Below, one piece after another: positions 40,076 to 53,237 of a stretch of DNA of 64,000 nucleotides. Source of the DNA: Octopus sinensis (lineage: Eukaryota); contig NW_021835482.1 of assembly GCF_006345805.1 (NCBI RefSeq), positions 1 through 64,000 of the forward strand, in the 5' to 3' direction. Under the pieces are notes generated by a model. It worked only from the letters and a program-made list of their open reading frames with translations, was not told where the DNA came from and ran no database searches. Every line of letters begins with the position of its first letter. Within the stretch, counting starts at the first letter, position 1. The position numbers and the translations under genes were made by a program.

Positions 40076-40608
40076 GTATGTATGTATGTGTGTATGTATG
40101 TATGTATGTATGTGTGTGTGTATATATATATATTAATATATATAACTATTTATATATATATATACATATATATATATCTTTGCCATTCATCCTTCAGCAG
40201 GTTTAAGGATGGTGAAACATTTCTTGGACGTTTTCATTCGAGACGTGATTCTCCTCAATGAATTCTGAACCCAACAGATGGTCAGCTAATACCACCCCAT
40301 TTACGGTGACTTTCTCACTGTCTCTTCCTCTACTCCCAACACGTATACCCCCTACAATGTATAGACAGAAATACGCACAGAGATTGGCTTTCGTACTGGC
40401 AAGAATGGATAAACATTCCTCTGTGGTTCGTCCATCGACGCAGTAGCACCTGATGAAATGAATCAATGAATACGATCAACCGATGCCCACGGATAATGCG
40501 GACTATACCGTAATCACCCCAATCATAAGGATTCTGTGGTTCGAAATCATGTGATTTGTGGAAACGTGCGTAGCGATGTATTAAATATTTTTAAGTTCCA
40601 TCCTACAA

Positions 40609-40629
40609 TTATTATTATCATTATTATTA

Positions 40630-40687
<58 letters not shown>

Positions 40688-40688
40688 G

Positions 40689-40726
<38 letters not shown>

Positions 40727-40780
40727 TATTATTATTATTATATTATTATTATTACTATTATTATATTATTATTATTATAT
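40609..40780. repeat. (TTA)n array
   Basis: Read directly. Confidence 0.96.
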
Positions 40781-40836
40781 ACATTCTTGTACATGTGTGC
40801 GTGTGTGTTTGTATATATACATATACATATACATAC

Positions 40837-40900
<64 letters not shown>

Positions 40901-40943
40901 GTACATATATATATGTAATATTAATGACTTACATATACACACT

Positions 40944-40975
<32 letters not shown>

Positions 40976-41430
40976 GGTATATGTATATGTATATACACCC
41001 AGAGACACGGCCGTCCGTTTGGTGGTCACGTCCTGGCTATTTCAGCCGCTGCGCACAGCGTTCCTTCACTTCATTCTCAATAACATACTGGACGCAATCC
41101 AAGCGGCTTCACACAGGGACAGCCAAACCTTTTAATCAAACGAATTAGTATGACTTGATTAAATTTTCACTAATGAAATGGTTTCTGGATGCCAGACGAG
41201 CAAGAAATTGATGCAATTAAAATATATTTGGAAGAAAATTCTCCAAGGTTTATTATCAAATATTGATACTGAACACCTTACCAAATTTGTGGCCGTTTCT
41301 TCCAATAGACTCTGCCAAGTTTAATAAGGAAATCCATTCCGAAATAACAGGGAAGACAGGGGGGGCGGGTGGACTGTAACGTTTTTTAGTTCCTATTGTT
41401 GTCTGTTGTTCAATATTTCCTCCACACCTG

Positions 41431-41479
<49 letters not shown>

Positions 41480-41553
41480 TGTGTGTGTGTTCTGTACGTG
41501 TGCATGTGTGGTGTTTGTATGCTTATATAATATACACATATAGATAGATAGAC

Positions 41554-41591
<38 letters not shown>

Positions 41592-41837
41592 CATATAAGT
41601 ATGGATATATAATCTGTATATACAACTGAGTCCTATTATACAACCGGGTCCTATTATACAGGTAAACCGTTACGTAATTTAAATTGAAAACCTGTATATA
41701 TGTGTGGAGCTACGTTGTATCGAAACGTGTGCTCCCTCTTCTTTCTTTTGACTCTATCTATTCTTTCCTTTTTACAATCTGTATGTATACATATTTAAAT
41801 ATAGACCTAGGTATACATCTTCAATTATATATTTATG

Positions 41838-41870
<33 letters not shown>

Positions 41871-43742
41871 ATGTGTGTGTATGTATATGTATATGTGTAT
41901 GTATGTATGTATGTATCTATGTATGTATGTATGTATGCGTGCATGCATGTACATCGTTATTCAGTTTTATTTCAAAGTTTCTTGCCAATAGAGAAAGAGA
42001 CCGTTTCTAACCTAGATCCAAGGCTCTCTCATTGGAATTTCAACAACATCATGTGTTTCTTAAATGAAAAAAGGTTAGATAGAAATTGTTTACATCATGG
42101 CGCTGATATTTCTATTTGAGAATGATGGAGGGTTCGATAAAATCCTGGAAGTGAAACCTCTTATTAAAAGCTGGAAATAAGTGTGAACGAATCATAATTT
42201 TCGCTGCTTAAATCTTAAAGCAACTAGTCAACGGTAACAGTAGCAATTAACCGTACATGCTAGTTAATAAGTTACCGCTCGAACTTAATAGTAGCATTAA
42301 TATTTGAACTGATACTAAACTCTTTTCTTATCATATTGATTCTTAAATTAACTTTTTGGTGTTCATTAGATAAAACGTTGACACCAACAGAACTAACGCC
42401 TTCCAGACCATTAGCTTCGAGGGGTAAAAGGAACTGCTTTTGTAATTCTTTAAAGCATACTAATATTTCCCACCTACACGTGTATGGTATTGTCCATTGA
42501 CTTAGTATTTCTCTCATCACTGCTTTAGTAAGGACAATGAAATTTCTGCTTCACTGATGAGGTATAACAATAATAAAACATGTTCACAATTCTCTCCCCC
42601 TCCCAAACTCTCTGAAATACTTAACGTTTCATTAGTTACCGAACTTCTATTGTCTTCATTCGCATTTATCATAAGCTTTATACCATAGTATTGAACATCT
42701 GTAATAAGATTTGTAACACAGTATTAAGTTTGTTAACACCAGCATCACTGTCCGATCGTTAAGCCTTTCTCAACTACGTTACCAAATCATCCGTAACAAA
42801 CTCTACAATTTCCCTGAAATTTAGGGTTTGTTACAAGGTGAAGAAGTATTGATTAAACGCATTTCTCATTTCCAGCCTTGCGTTCTTCTCTGGCCGTTTA
42901 TTACATTCGCGTTTCTATATTTGAAAGATTCACTGAATGTTATCGTTATTCTATTCTCGTTCTGTACTGAAATGGTGATTCTTCACCTAAAATTTACCTG
43001 ATATTTAATTAAATAAGTAAATAAACAAACAAATAAATAAGTGAGAATATTTCAGGTCAAATTTGTTTATTGAAAGGTCAACATTCAACTTTGCTTATGA
43101 TATTTCTATATAAATTATTGATTTGTTTCTTTTGTTATTGTTGTTGGCGACGGTAGTGGAGGCGGTGTAGTGAGGTTGCTGCTGCTGCTGCTACCGCTGC
43201 TGCTGCTGCTGCTGCTGCTGCTACCGCTGCTGCTGCTGCTGCCGTTGCTACCATTGTCGCCACTGTCGTCACGCTTCCACTGCTGTTCTTGCCGCTTTTA
43301 TTTTCTGCTGCCGCCGTTCATGTTTTCCATGTTGCATCAAATAAACCTTAGTCCAACAGACCTATAATGAAAAGCGCTCCATTCATGACATTTCAGTCTA
43401 GAATATCAAAACTTTACAACATTATTCAATTTGTCTTGCCTTCTTTGAGATAACTGAGTGTAATATGAGGCATATTTGGCTGCTATTTCTAGCAGGTCAA
43501 GTCACCATATAGTCTCTCTTAGATGTTATTGTGGCAACTATTATTGTTATTGATGTGTTGTTCTTTTGCTTATTGTTGTGGCTTTTGTGTTTGTTGTCAT
43601 TTTGTAGTTGTTCAACCACGGATCAGGCTTGAAGCCGTGGGACCTCGATCGAAATGGATTGAAATATGTGATGAACTGAACCACCACCACCACAACAACA
43701 ACAAGAAAAATTATTAAACTTTAATTGTAATAATTATAGTAA

Positions 43743-43946
43743 GGCGACAAGCTGGCAGAATCGTTAGCACTCCGGACAAAATGCTTAATGGTATTTTGTC
43801 AGTCTGAGTTCAAATTCTGCCGAGGCCGACTTCACATTTCATCCTTTCGGGGTCCTTAAAATAAGTACCAGTTGAACACTGGGGTCGGTGTAATTGACTT
43901 AGCCTCAACACCGATAACTGCTGGCCTTGTGCCAAAATTTGAAACC
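43743..43946 (+). mobile_element. SINE family A monomer
   Basis: Head, B-box GAGTTCAAATTC, core and tail GGCCTTGTGCCAAAATTTGAAACC. Confidence 0.88.
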
Positions 43947-44762
43947 TACTGTCATAATAAATTAGCATTACTTAATTAGTCATTTGCAGTCACAGATCGA
44001 TAATTACTATCAGTTGCTCGAGTGTTAACGTGTTATTGGATGATTTACACATCAGAAGGTCTCAGTGAATTGGTGGTATTGGTAGAGGGTCGCTGAAACT
44101 TCTCGCGGTTGTTACCTACGTCTCTGCATTTCGAATTTAAAACCAAACTGGGGTAAATAACATCATTTATTTTTCCGAAATCGATTTAAGAAATTACTAG
44201 CTGTTAAGAGTGGCCATCCCTTCTCTTAGACTTAGCGTACCTAGAATTATATAAAATACAAGTTGATCGCCCGGAACAATATAATTGACTTACCTGGCCC
44301 CTAGAATTGCTGGCCCTGTAACAAAATTTGAAGATATTGCCTCTGTTTAATTATGGTGACGTGTGAAGAACTCACTGTGTTGATTTTTTTTTTGATTTTT
44401 CGGCTGCCAAGAAGCAAAGCAGAAGGACAACGCTGTTATATTCATTAAACTTGTTCAGTGACCTCTCCGCCGAATTCAGTGTTACTGGCATTAACCAACC
44501 CGGATTTCCAGGGATTCCGGATTCGAGCAGAATCTACATTATGGACATTGTAGGTAAACTGTGAACACCTACCAGAGATGGGAACGTCAATGGCTTTATG
44601 GTAATTAATATCATTATACATAATAATTAACTGATTAAAATTAATTCTCTTCGTGATATATTCTGCTCAGGCATAATTGGCGTCCAAATCTAATAATACA
44701 CACACAAAGATTAAATTATATTGAAGTCGATTCATGTATAAAAATAGACTAAATTTAATATT

Positions 44763-44841
<79 letters not shown>

Positions 44842-44855
44842 CAGCAGCAGTAAAT

Positions 44856-45501
<646 letters not shown>

Positions 45502-46920
45502 GTTATTATTGTTGCTGTTATTGTTATTGCTACTACTACTACTACTACGACTACTACTACTGCTGCTGCTGCTGCTACTACTACTGTTTTTAGTATAGGC
45601 CTTGACTAAAAATTTGAAGTTAGTATTAGTGCAAAAGCATTACATGGCAATCTAGGTAGCAATGATGTTGTTTCAAGGTTCGGTGACAACACGTCTCCTC
45701 AAATCTCAGAAATATTTCTTTAGAATTCTCTTGAAATCCAGGATGGCACTTTTTTTGCAGGTCGACATTGCAAGTCTCGGTTTCCAGAATCTTTCGTCAT
45801 TTTAAGCAGCTGTATGCATGCGGTGTCAAATGCACCAATTGCAACGGTAATAATTGTCGTATTTGTGTTCCAAAGTCTCGTGGTATCTCCGAAAATATTT
45901 CATATGTCAAACTGGTGGATTCCGGGTTTCCAAGATCAATTTCAGGTCAATTGGTTCAAAATTTTCATGAATTACCGATTGAGTTACAAAACAACTGGAA
46001 ATGAAAATTTTCCTCGTAAAAAGAATTAGAGACACGAACACATATATGCATGCACACACACACACACGCATACACACACACATGCACACACACACAGACA
46101 CACACACACACACACATATAGATAGAGAGAGAGAGAGAAGGAAAGAGAGAGAGAAAATTGCCTGAATATTGGTTATAATTTTCTAAATTAATAATTTAAT
46201 CTAATCTTAGTAGAATTATTAATAATTTTAAATAGTAAAAAAAAGCTAAACTTGAACAATATGCAGGAATTTGCACTGTTAAGAGTAGTTCTGTTCATTA
46301 GTTGTGACCCCTTCTGGAATCCCTGATAGTTTCAAGACGGCCGAACGTGCTCTGGTAACATCAATCATGCAACACATTATCCTAGGCTGTATCTCTCTCT
46401 GTCGACGTTTCTAAATCCCATTTGTAAATGCTCATATTCCACTGATTTGTTTTACTTTGCCGTTTATAAATGCATACATTTTGATATTTAGTTTGGAATA
46501 TTATCAGCGCCGTTGCTCCCCAGCGTGTAATTGGCTAACGATGTTAAGTGTAAGACTACTGATAAATAAATATTGCTATTTTATTTAGCGTAAATGCAAT
46601 TGTTTAGCGCTATTAGGATATTCCGACATTCGAATGGCTGTAACATTTACTTCACAGGTCAGGCGGAGATTTTCGTTCTTGCGATGGTTCGGCAAAGCCT
46701 GAAGAAATGGTTGGTGATTTTAGTTTATATAATATACTGATTGCGAATAAATTGCCATACAATTGAAATATTTGGTTAGTAAATTGTGTAGAACTATCAT
46801 TAACCACATATCTTCGTTATTATATTCTTTGTATATTCTGTAAATTGTCTGTTTAGAAGTAACAAAACAAAAACAAAAAAACAAATAGTCCGAAAAGTTT
46901 ATAAACTCCGTGGATACATT

Positions 46921-47255
46921 AATAATCTTTTCTACCATAAGTACAAGTCCTGAAATTTTGCTGGAGAGGTCGACCTCGGCGAAATTTGAACTCAGAACGT
47001 AAAGAGCTTGAAGATATACTTATTTCTTTACTACTCACAAGGGGCTAAACACAGAGAGGACAAACAAGGACAGACGAACGGATTAAGTCGATTATATCGA
47101 CCCCAGTGCGTAACTGGTACTTATTTAATCGACCCCGAAAGGATGAAAGGCAAAGTCGACCTCCAAGGGAATTTGAACTCAGAACGTAGCGGCAGACGAA
47201 ATACTGCCAAGTATTTTCTCCGGCGTGCTAAGGCTTCTGCCAGCCCCTCGCCGCC
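46921..47255 (-). mobile_element. SINE family A dimer (second unit internally deleted)
   Basis: Head at 47255-47170, core, AAAGAAATAAGTAT junction, second B-box and tail. Confidence 0.88.
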
Positions 47256-47311
47256 TTCATGAACATGCTTAAAATAAGGCTTTATTATTCATTCCGTTTC
47301 TTTAAAGTTTT

Positions 47312-47520
47312 GAGCTGGCAGAATTGTTAACACACCGGACAAAATGCTAAGAAGCATTTCGTCCGTCTTCACGTTCTGATTTCAAATTCCACCGAGGTCG
47401 GCCTTGCCTTTAGTCACTTCGGGTTTAATAAAATAATTATCAATCAAATACTAAGGTTCATGTAATCACTTAGCCCCACCCCCAAATCTCAGCCCTCGTG
47501 CCTATAGTAAAAAGGATTAT
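47312..47520 (+). mobile_element. SINE family A monomer
   Basis: GAGCTGGCAGAATTGTTAACAC head, GATTTCAAATTCC B-box, CCTATAGTAAAAAGGATTAT tail. Confidence 0.82.
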
Positions 47521-47582
47521 TAAAACGGTTTCCTGTTAATTCCTGGTTAATTAGAACTTCACCTCCATTGTTAAAAAAAACA

Positions 47583-47644
47583 CCGGAAGCGGAAGGGTGG
47601 AGAGACAGGTGCTGCCCTCTTTGTAACTAACATAAGAGGTAAGT
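47583..47644 (+). promoter_or_regulatory. Candidate promoter / first exon: tandem ETS-like sites and a consensus splice donor
   Basis: CCGGAAGCGGAAG at 47583-47595; GAG|GTAAGT with GT at 47639-47640; locally GC-richer, non-repeat sequence. Motif evidence only. Confidence 0.22.
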
Positions 47645-48035
47645 GAGAATGAAGGAATTGCTGCTGTTAATTGGCCCCACACTAATTGGGATCCTCTCTG
47701 GAGGAAGGCATTTTCGTACTAAAGAAATATGGGGTTGTGTAAGGGGACAAAAGGGGCATTGTGTGGTCGCTCTGATTTGGGCGGATGTTTTTCGCTGTTT
47801 TGTTTTTGTTTTGAATCATTATTGTTTATTTATTGTTATCTAATTTGATTTTGTTATTATTGTTCAACTCTTTTTTTTTAATTTATGTAAATCGCCCCCA
47901 AACTTTTCTTTTAGGTTCCACAGTTACATTCTCTTCACCATCTTCGATCCCCGAGAGCCCTAAATAGAAATTGTAATTGTTATTAAAACCATTTCATGTT
48001 ATAATAATAACAATTAAAACAAAATAAAAATAATA

Positions 48036-48123
<88 letters not shown>

Positions 48124-48182
48124 TAGTAATAATAATAACATTAGACGTCGCATAGTATGCAATATCATGAAATTGTTCATTG

Positions 48183-48530
48183 AAGACACTGTGTCTCCCG
48201 GGGTTTGCACTGTTTGTCAAGTGACAACAAGGACCTCAGACAGACAGTACTTTACGCAATATACGTGCACTTCCAAGTTGTGCCGACTTTTGCAGTGCAT
48301 CTGGATTCTAGGGTATCTCTTAGGTTTTCAGATGTTTTTTTTCAGATTGGATTCAATACGACTCAATCTGAAAAAAACATCTGAAAACCTAAGAGATACC
48401 CTACAATCCAGATGTACTGCAAAAGTCGGCACTACTTGGAACTGGACGTATATTGCGTAAAGTAGTGTCTGTCTGAGGTCCTTGTTGTGACTTGACAAAC
48501 AGTACAAACCCCCGCTACACACAATATCTT
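48183..48530. repeat. Long inverted repeat (fold-back; ~166-bp arms, 14-bp spacer)
   Basis: Left arm 48183-48349 is the reverse complement of right arm 48364-48530; 8 substitutions and 1 indel over the inner ~145 bp. Confidence 0.95.
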
Positions 48531-48857
48531 AAATCAACAACCTCACGATATTTTACTGTACCGAGAAGTGCACTATAACATTCATCCATGAATTTATTTA
48601 TTTATTAATTTTTAAATGCATATTTTATCTGTGAATTTGCGTGTTTAATCTGGGAATGCATACAATGCCCTTCTCTGCTCTAGGTGTATGGAAAACACTC
48701 GGCGAGAAACGGAAGAAAATTTGAAGAAAGAGGGAAAAATAATAATAATAATAATAATAATATAATATAATAATAATAATAATAATAATAATCACCATCA
48801 TCGTCACCATTATTATTATTATTAACGTAATACATACGCTCATATATATAAGCAAAT

Positions 48858-49158
48858 GGTTCTCTGTCGGTTTCAACGATCATAAGTCGGTGGATCGACA
48901 CAAATACTCGTTTATTATTCAATTAATGTGTAAGTGGCTGAATATACCTATGGGTATATCATGAGGCGGCGTAGTATGTGACGTGGCCAGACACTTGAAT
49001 CACAATGCAGCCTGTGAGAATCCGTACAGTTTCCGTCGACATACAGCTTCATTCACCAGGTTTGCTGCTGTAAAAAAGGTACACGCCCAAAATTCCACGT
49101 TGTTGGATCGAACCTTGAATCTTGTGATTGTAAAGCAAATTTCTTGACTATCCGGCCA
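48858..49158 (-). mobile_element. Heavily decayed SINE family C2
   Basis: GGATCGAACCTTGAATCTTGTGATTG (B-box, reversed), GTGGCTGA and CTGTCGGTTTCAACGA remnants. Confidence 0.45.
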
Positions 49159-50029
49159 TGTTTCGTTCACTCCACACAAACTCCACACAAGTATGCATAT
49201 TTATGCTCTCTCTTCCTCTCTCTCCTTCTCTCTCCGCCCCCACTATCACCCTCTGTCTCTCCTTCTCTCTCACATTCTATCTATTTCTCCCTCCTCTTTC
49301 TTTCTGTCTCTGTCACTCTCTTTCCCTCTCTCTCCATCCTCTTTCTCCACCCCTCTCTCATCCTCTCCTACCCTCTCTACCTCTTTTTCTCATCCTCTCT
49401 CTCCCCCTCTCACCTTCTCACTCCCTCACATTCTTCTCGCTACCTCCAAATCTTTTTCCCTCCCACTCATCCCCTTCCATCCCTCCATCCCTCCCTCCCT
49501 CTCTCTTTCTCTCTCTCTCCCTCATCTCCTCCTTTTCTCTCCCCTCTCTCTTTCCCCCCTCACAATTTCCAGGTAACAATTTCGAAATCACTGGCCGACC
49601 TCTTTGCCAAATGTTTCCTATTAAGGCCTTGTTTGGCACAAAAGCATTTTGTGAGAAATGAAGAGAAGGGCATAACACGGAAGCATTGAGACACATTCTC
49701 ATACTGGTTCCCTCTGTGGATTAAGCTATGGTCGCAGTTTCTGCGGTATACTCAGTCACTTACACGCTAATGCTATCATTTGGTAGTTGTGTGACAGAGG
49801 AAGCTGGGAGGCTAATCGTCGAAACCGACGGAGGACCATATATCAAAAAAGAAGGGAGAAAGAGAGAAATGTTGGTATGTGTGCATATAATTATAAAGGT
49901 AGAAAAAGAAAGATATTAGGCAGACAGACAGGCAGAGAGGCAGGCAGACAGACATGAAGACATGCAGGTAGATTGGCAATCAGGCAGGCAGACATGCAGA
50001 CAGGCAGACAGTTAGATAGATAGATAAAC

Positions 50030-50290
<261 letters not shown>

Positions 50291-50934
50291 TTGCCTTTGT
50301 GTGAGTAGGTAGGAATGAATTTAGTTAAGAAAGCAGGCAAATAGGTGCATGGGAAGTTTGGTATGTAAGCAAAAAGGTATATTTGTATGTGGGTATGTAT
50401 GTATGGAGGCAGGTAGGTAGACAGGTAGGTAGGAAAGAAGCGAAATTGACAGATTGTGAGTGGTTATGCTGGGAGGTATGGAGAGATTAAGAGCCATTTC
50501 AAAGCAAATTGGTCCACGTTAGCAACAACTCCGGGGAAATGACTCCAAGAGAAACAGAGCGATGTATATTATCGATATTAATCCGACCAAAGTATTCCTC
50601 ATTAAACACACATTCACACACACATACAAACACACACTCACACTCACAGACACGTACACAGATACACACACAGATCACAACGTTATATTCCAGTCTCAAA
50701 CGAAATGGTTTTTCCACTAAATTTACTTGGCATGATGGCATCTTTCTGTAAGAATTTGCTGGAATCAATGTAGCGGCTTTACCATTTATCTGCTCTGACC
50801 TTCACAATCTACAGCATATTTCTAAAATACGGATACATACATGTACATATATATATATATATGTGTGTGCGTGTGTGTGTGTATACATTTATATTGGGTA
50901 TATATAGGCACACACACATATATATGCACATATT

Positions 50935-50964
<30 letters not shown>

Positions 50965-50969
<5 letters not shown>

Positions 50970-51331
50970 GTATTGTTAAGCATGTTCATGAATCTATGTT
51001 TGGGTGTGTGAGTGTTTGTGTATGTGCGTGTATATATATATATATATACATACATACACATATACACACGCAGATGTATGTGTGTGTTTGTTTGTGTATG
51101 TGTGTGAGCACATATATATATGTATACATGCATCCAAATTGCGATATTAATAACCAGTTGTCAGAACTGAATATACTTATGTTTCAGAGAAAGGCGTTCG
51201 GGAAATTAGAGAGCGGAATATCATTTAATAAACAACAAAAAGATGAGAACCTTCATTGCCTTACAACTGTTTCGGCTATTAGAAACAGTGCACTCAGCGG
51301 CAAGAGTCTGTGTAACATCCTACAGCCCATA

Positions 51332-51388
<57 letters not shown>

Positions 51389-51746
51389 GTATTGTTAAGC
51401 ATGTTCATGAATCTATGTTTGGGTGTGTGAGTGTTTGTGTATGTGCGTGTATATATATATATATACATACATTCACATATACACACGCAGATGTATGTGT
51501 GTGTTGTTTGTGTATGTGTGTGAGCACATATATATATGTATACATGCATCCAAATTGCGATATTAATAACCAGTTGTCAGAACTGAATATACTTATGTTT
51601 CAGAGAAAGGCGTTCGGGAAATTAGAGAGCGGAATATCATTTAATAAACAACAAAAAGATGAGAACCTTCATTGCCTTACAACTGTTTCGGCTATTAGAA
51701 ACAGTGCACTCAGCGGCTAGAGTCTGTGTAACATCCTACAGCCCAT

Positions 51747-51748
<2 letters not shown>
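50965..51748 (+). repeat. Tandem direct duplication, period 419 bp, breakpoints in (TA)n
   Basis: 50965-51332 versus 51384-51748 differ at only a few positions. Confidence 0.95.
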
Positions 51749-51790
<42 letters not shown>

Positions 51791-52161
51791 AACTACTCTG
51801 GAAATCTGATGGTATGGAAGGGCTCTGCACCAACAAAACATAAATGTGATGCTGACTCCATCCTTTATCTAATACCAACCAGAACTCCAACTAACGGTAT
51901 CATGTCAGATTCTCTTTCATTTGTTCAGACACTCTTTTGTGTAATTGACAAAGTTTGTTATTTTAACCCCTTCGGACGTTTTAAATATGTTTACATGCAT
52001 TGGATCCAACTCCTATCATGATTTGCAAGTGAAAACTTTGGGTGTTTTTACCCTTTAAGTTGTTACATAATATTCATGGGGATTTGACTGATACAAAAAA
52101 ATTAGTGTTAGTACTTCATGATCTCTCGTATATGTACACACACCCACACAAATATACACAA

Positions 52162-52192
<31 letters not shown>

Positions 52193-52216
52193 GATATATA
52201 TATATATATATATATA

Positions 52217-52428
52217 CTTTATTTAAAGCAGCAGAAAATTCAACAAAACCTGTTACTCTGAGTTCCCGTTGCCGTTCATCGGACAGTTTTTGAACGGCAA
52301 CGGGAAACTCAGAGTAACAGGTTTTGTTGAATTTTCTGCTGCTTTAAATAAAGCATATTACTCTACCACTAGTAATTGAGTACTCTTTTTTCCACCTTGA
52401 TTCACATTTATGTGTTTACTCCGGTATA
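52217..52428. mobile_element. (TA)n-embedded fold-back element carrying a hammerhead motif (putative Penelope-like pLTR remnant)
   Basis: Arms 52217-52278 and 52291-52353, right-hand extension to 52428, (TA)n on both sides. Confidence 0.7.
52245..52290 (-). ncRNA. Minimal type I hammerhead ribozyme motif
   Basis: AAAA-CTGT-CCGATGA-ACG(GCAA)CGG-GAA[A]-CTC(A)GAG-TA-ACAG-GTTTT; the A missing here is present in the right arm (52304-52307). Confidence 0.65.
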
Positions 52429-53202
52429 TATATATATATTTATATATATAAAATATAAAGGAATAAGGACTGGATTTGGTATCCGGGGCAGGTTCCTTAT
52501 AAGCAATCTGGTATAAGTCAGATCGGGCAAACCACATCGAACGATAGGGGAAATGTACTATTGCTTAAAATAAACAATTACACATTATATCACTGAATGG
52601 CTAAATCCGAATTTCGTTTTATTCCATTTCATACAGTATACAGAGCATATAATGCAGGCATCATGGAGAAGAATAGAGAATTATACATCTTCAGAATATG
52701 TTCATTACACTTTTGTTCTCATTAAATACACATTAGTTTTCAAACCGACACGTGTTTCAGCTGCGTAGATGTTCTAATACCATTTGATGTAGCCTTTGTG
52801 TGCATATAATGTGAATTTAATGGGATGATAACTGTAATAAACAAGTTTGAAGATGTACCAAAATCTCCATTCTTTCTTTAGATGTCTTGATTATATATTA
52901 CATATATATTATATATATATACTATATAATATATATATATAATAGAATATATTTATATATAGACATACATATATATGATATATATATATATACATTTATA
53001 TATATGTAGATATATATAATATATATATACATACATATATACATTTAGATATATACATATGTATTACGTACATATGAGAGGGAAGACCACTATGCGGACA
53101 ACCCTTATGCTAGAAGTATATCCGCTATGGTCTTACCTCTGGTTTTAAATTGATGTTAATCAATCTTATATCCAATTTTTCACCCTCATTTTAAATATAT
53201 AC

Positions 53203-53237
<35 letters not shown>

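Noticed and set aside
41670-41740. CCTGTATA...ATCGAAACGTGTGC, hammerhead-like
   Set aside because: Core and stems are too degraded to support from this copy.
49570-49690. TTTCCAG acceptor-like site after a (CT)-rich tract
   Set aside because: The pyrimidine tract is a microsatellite; downstream frames are short and unrecognisable.
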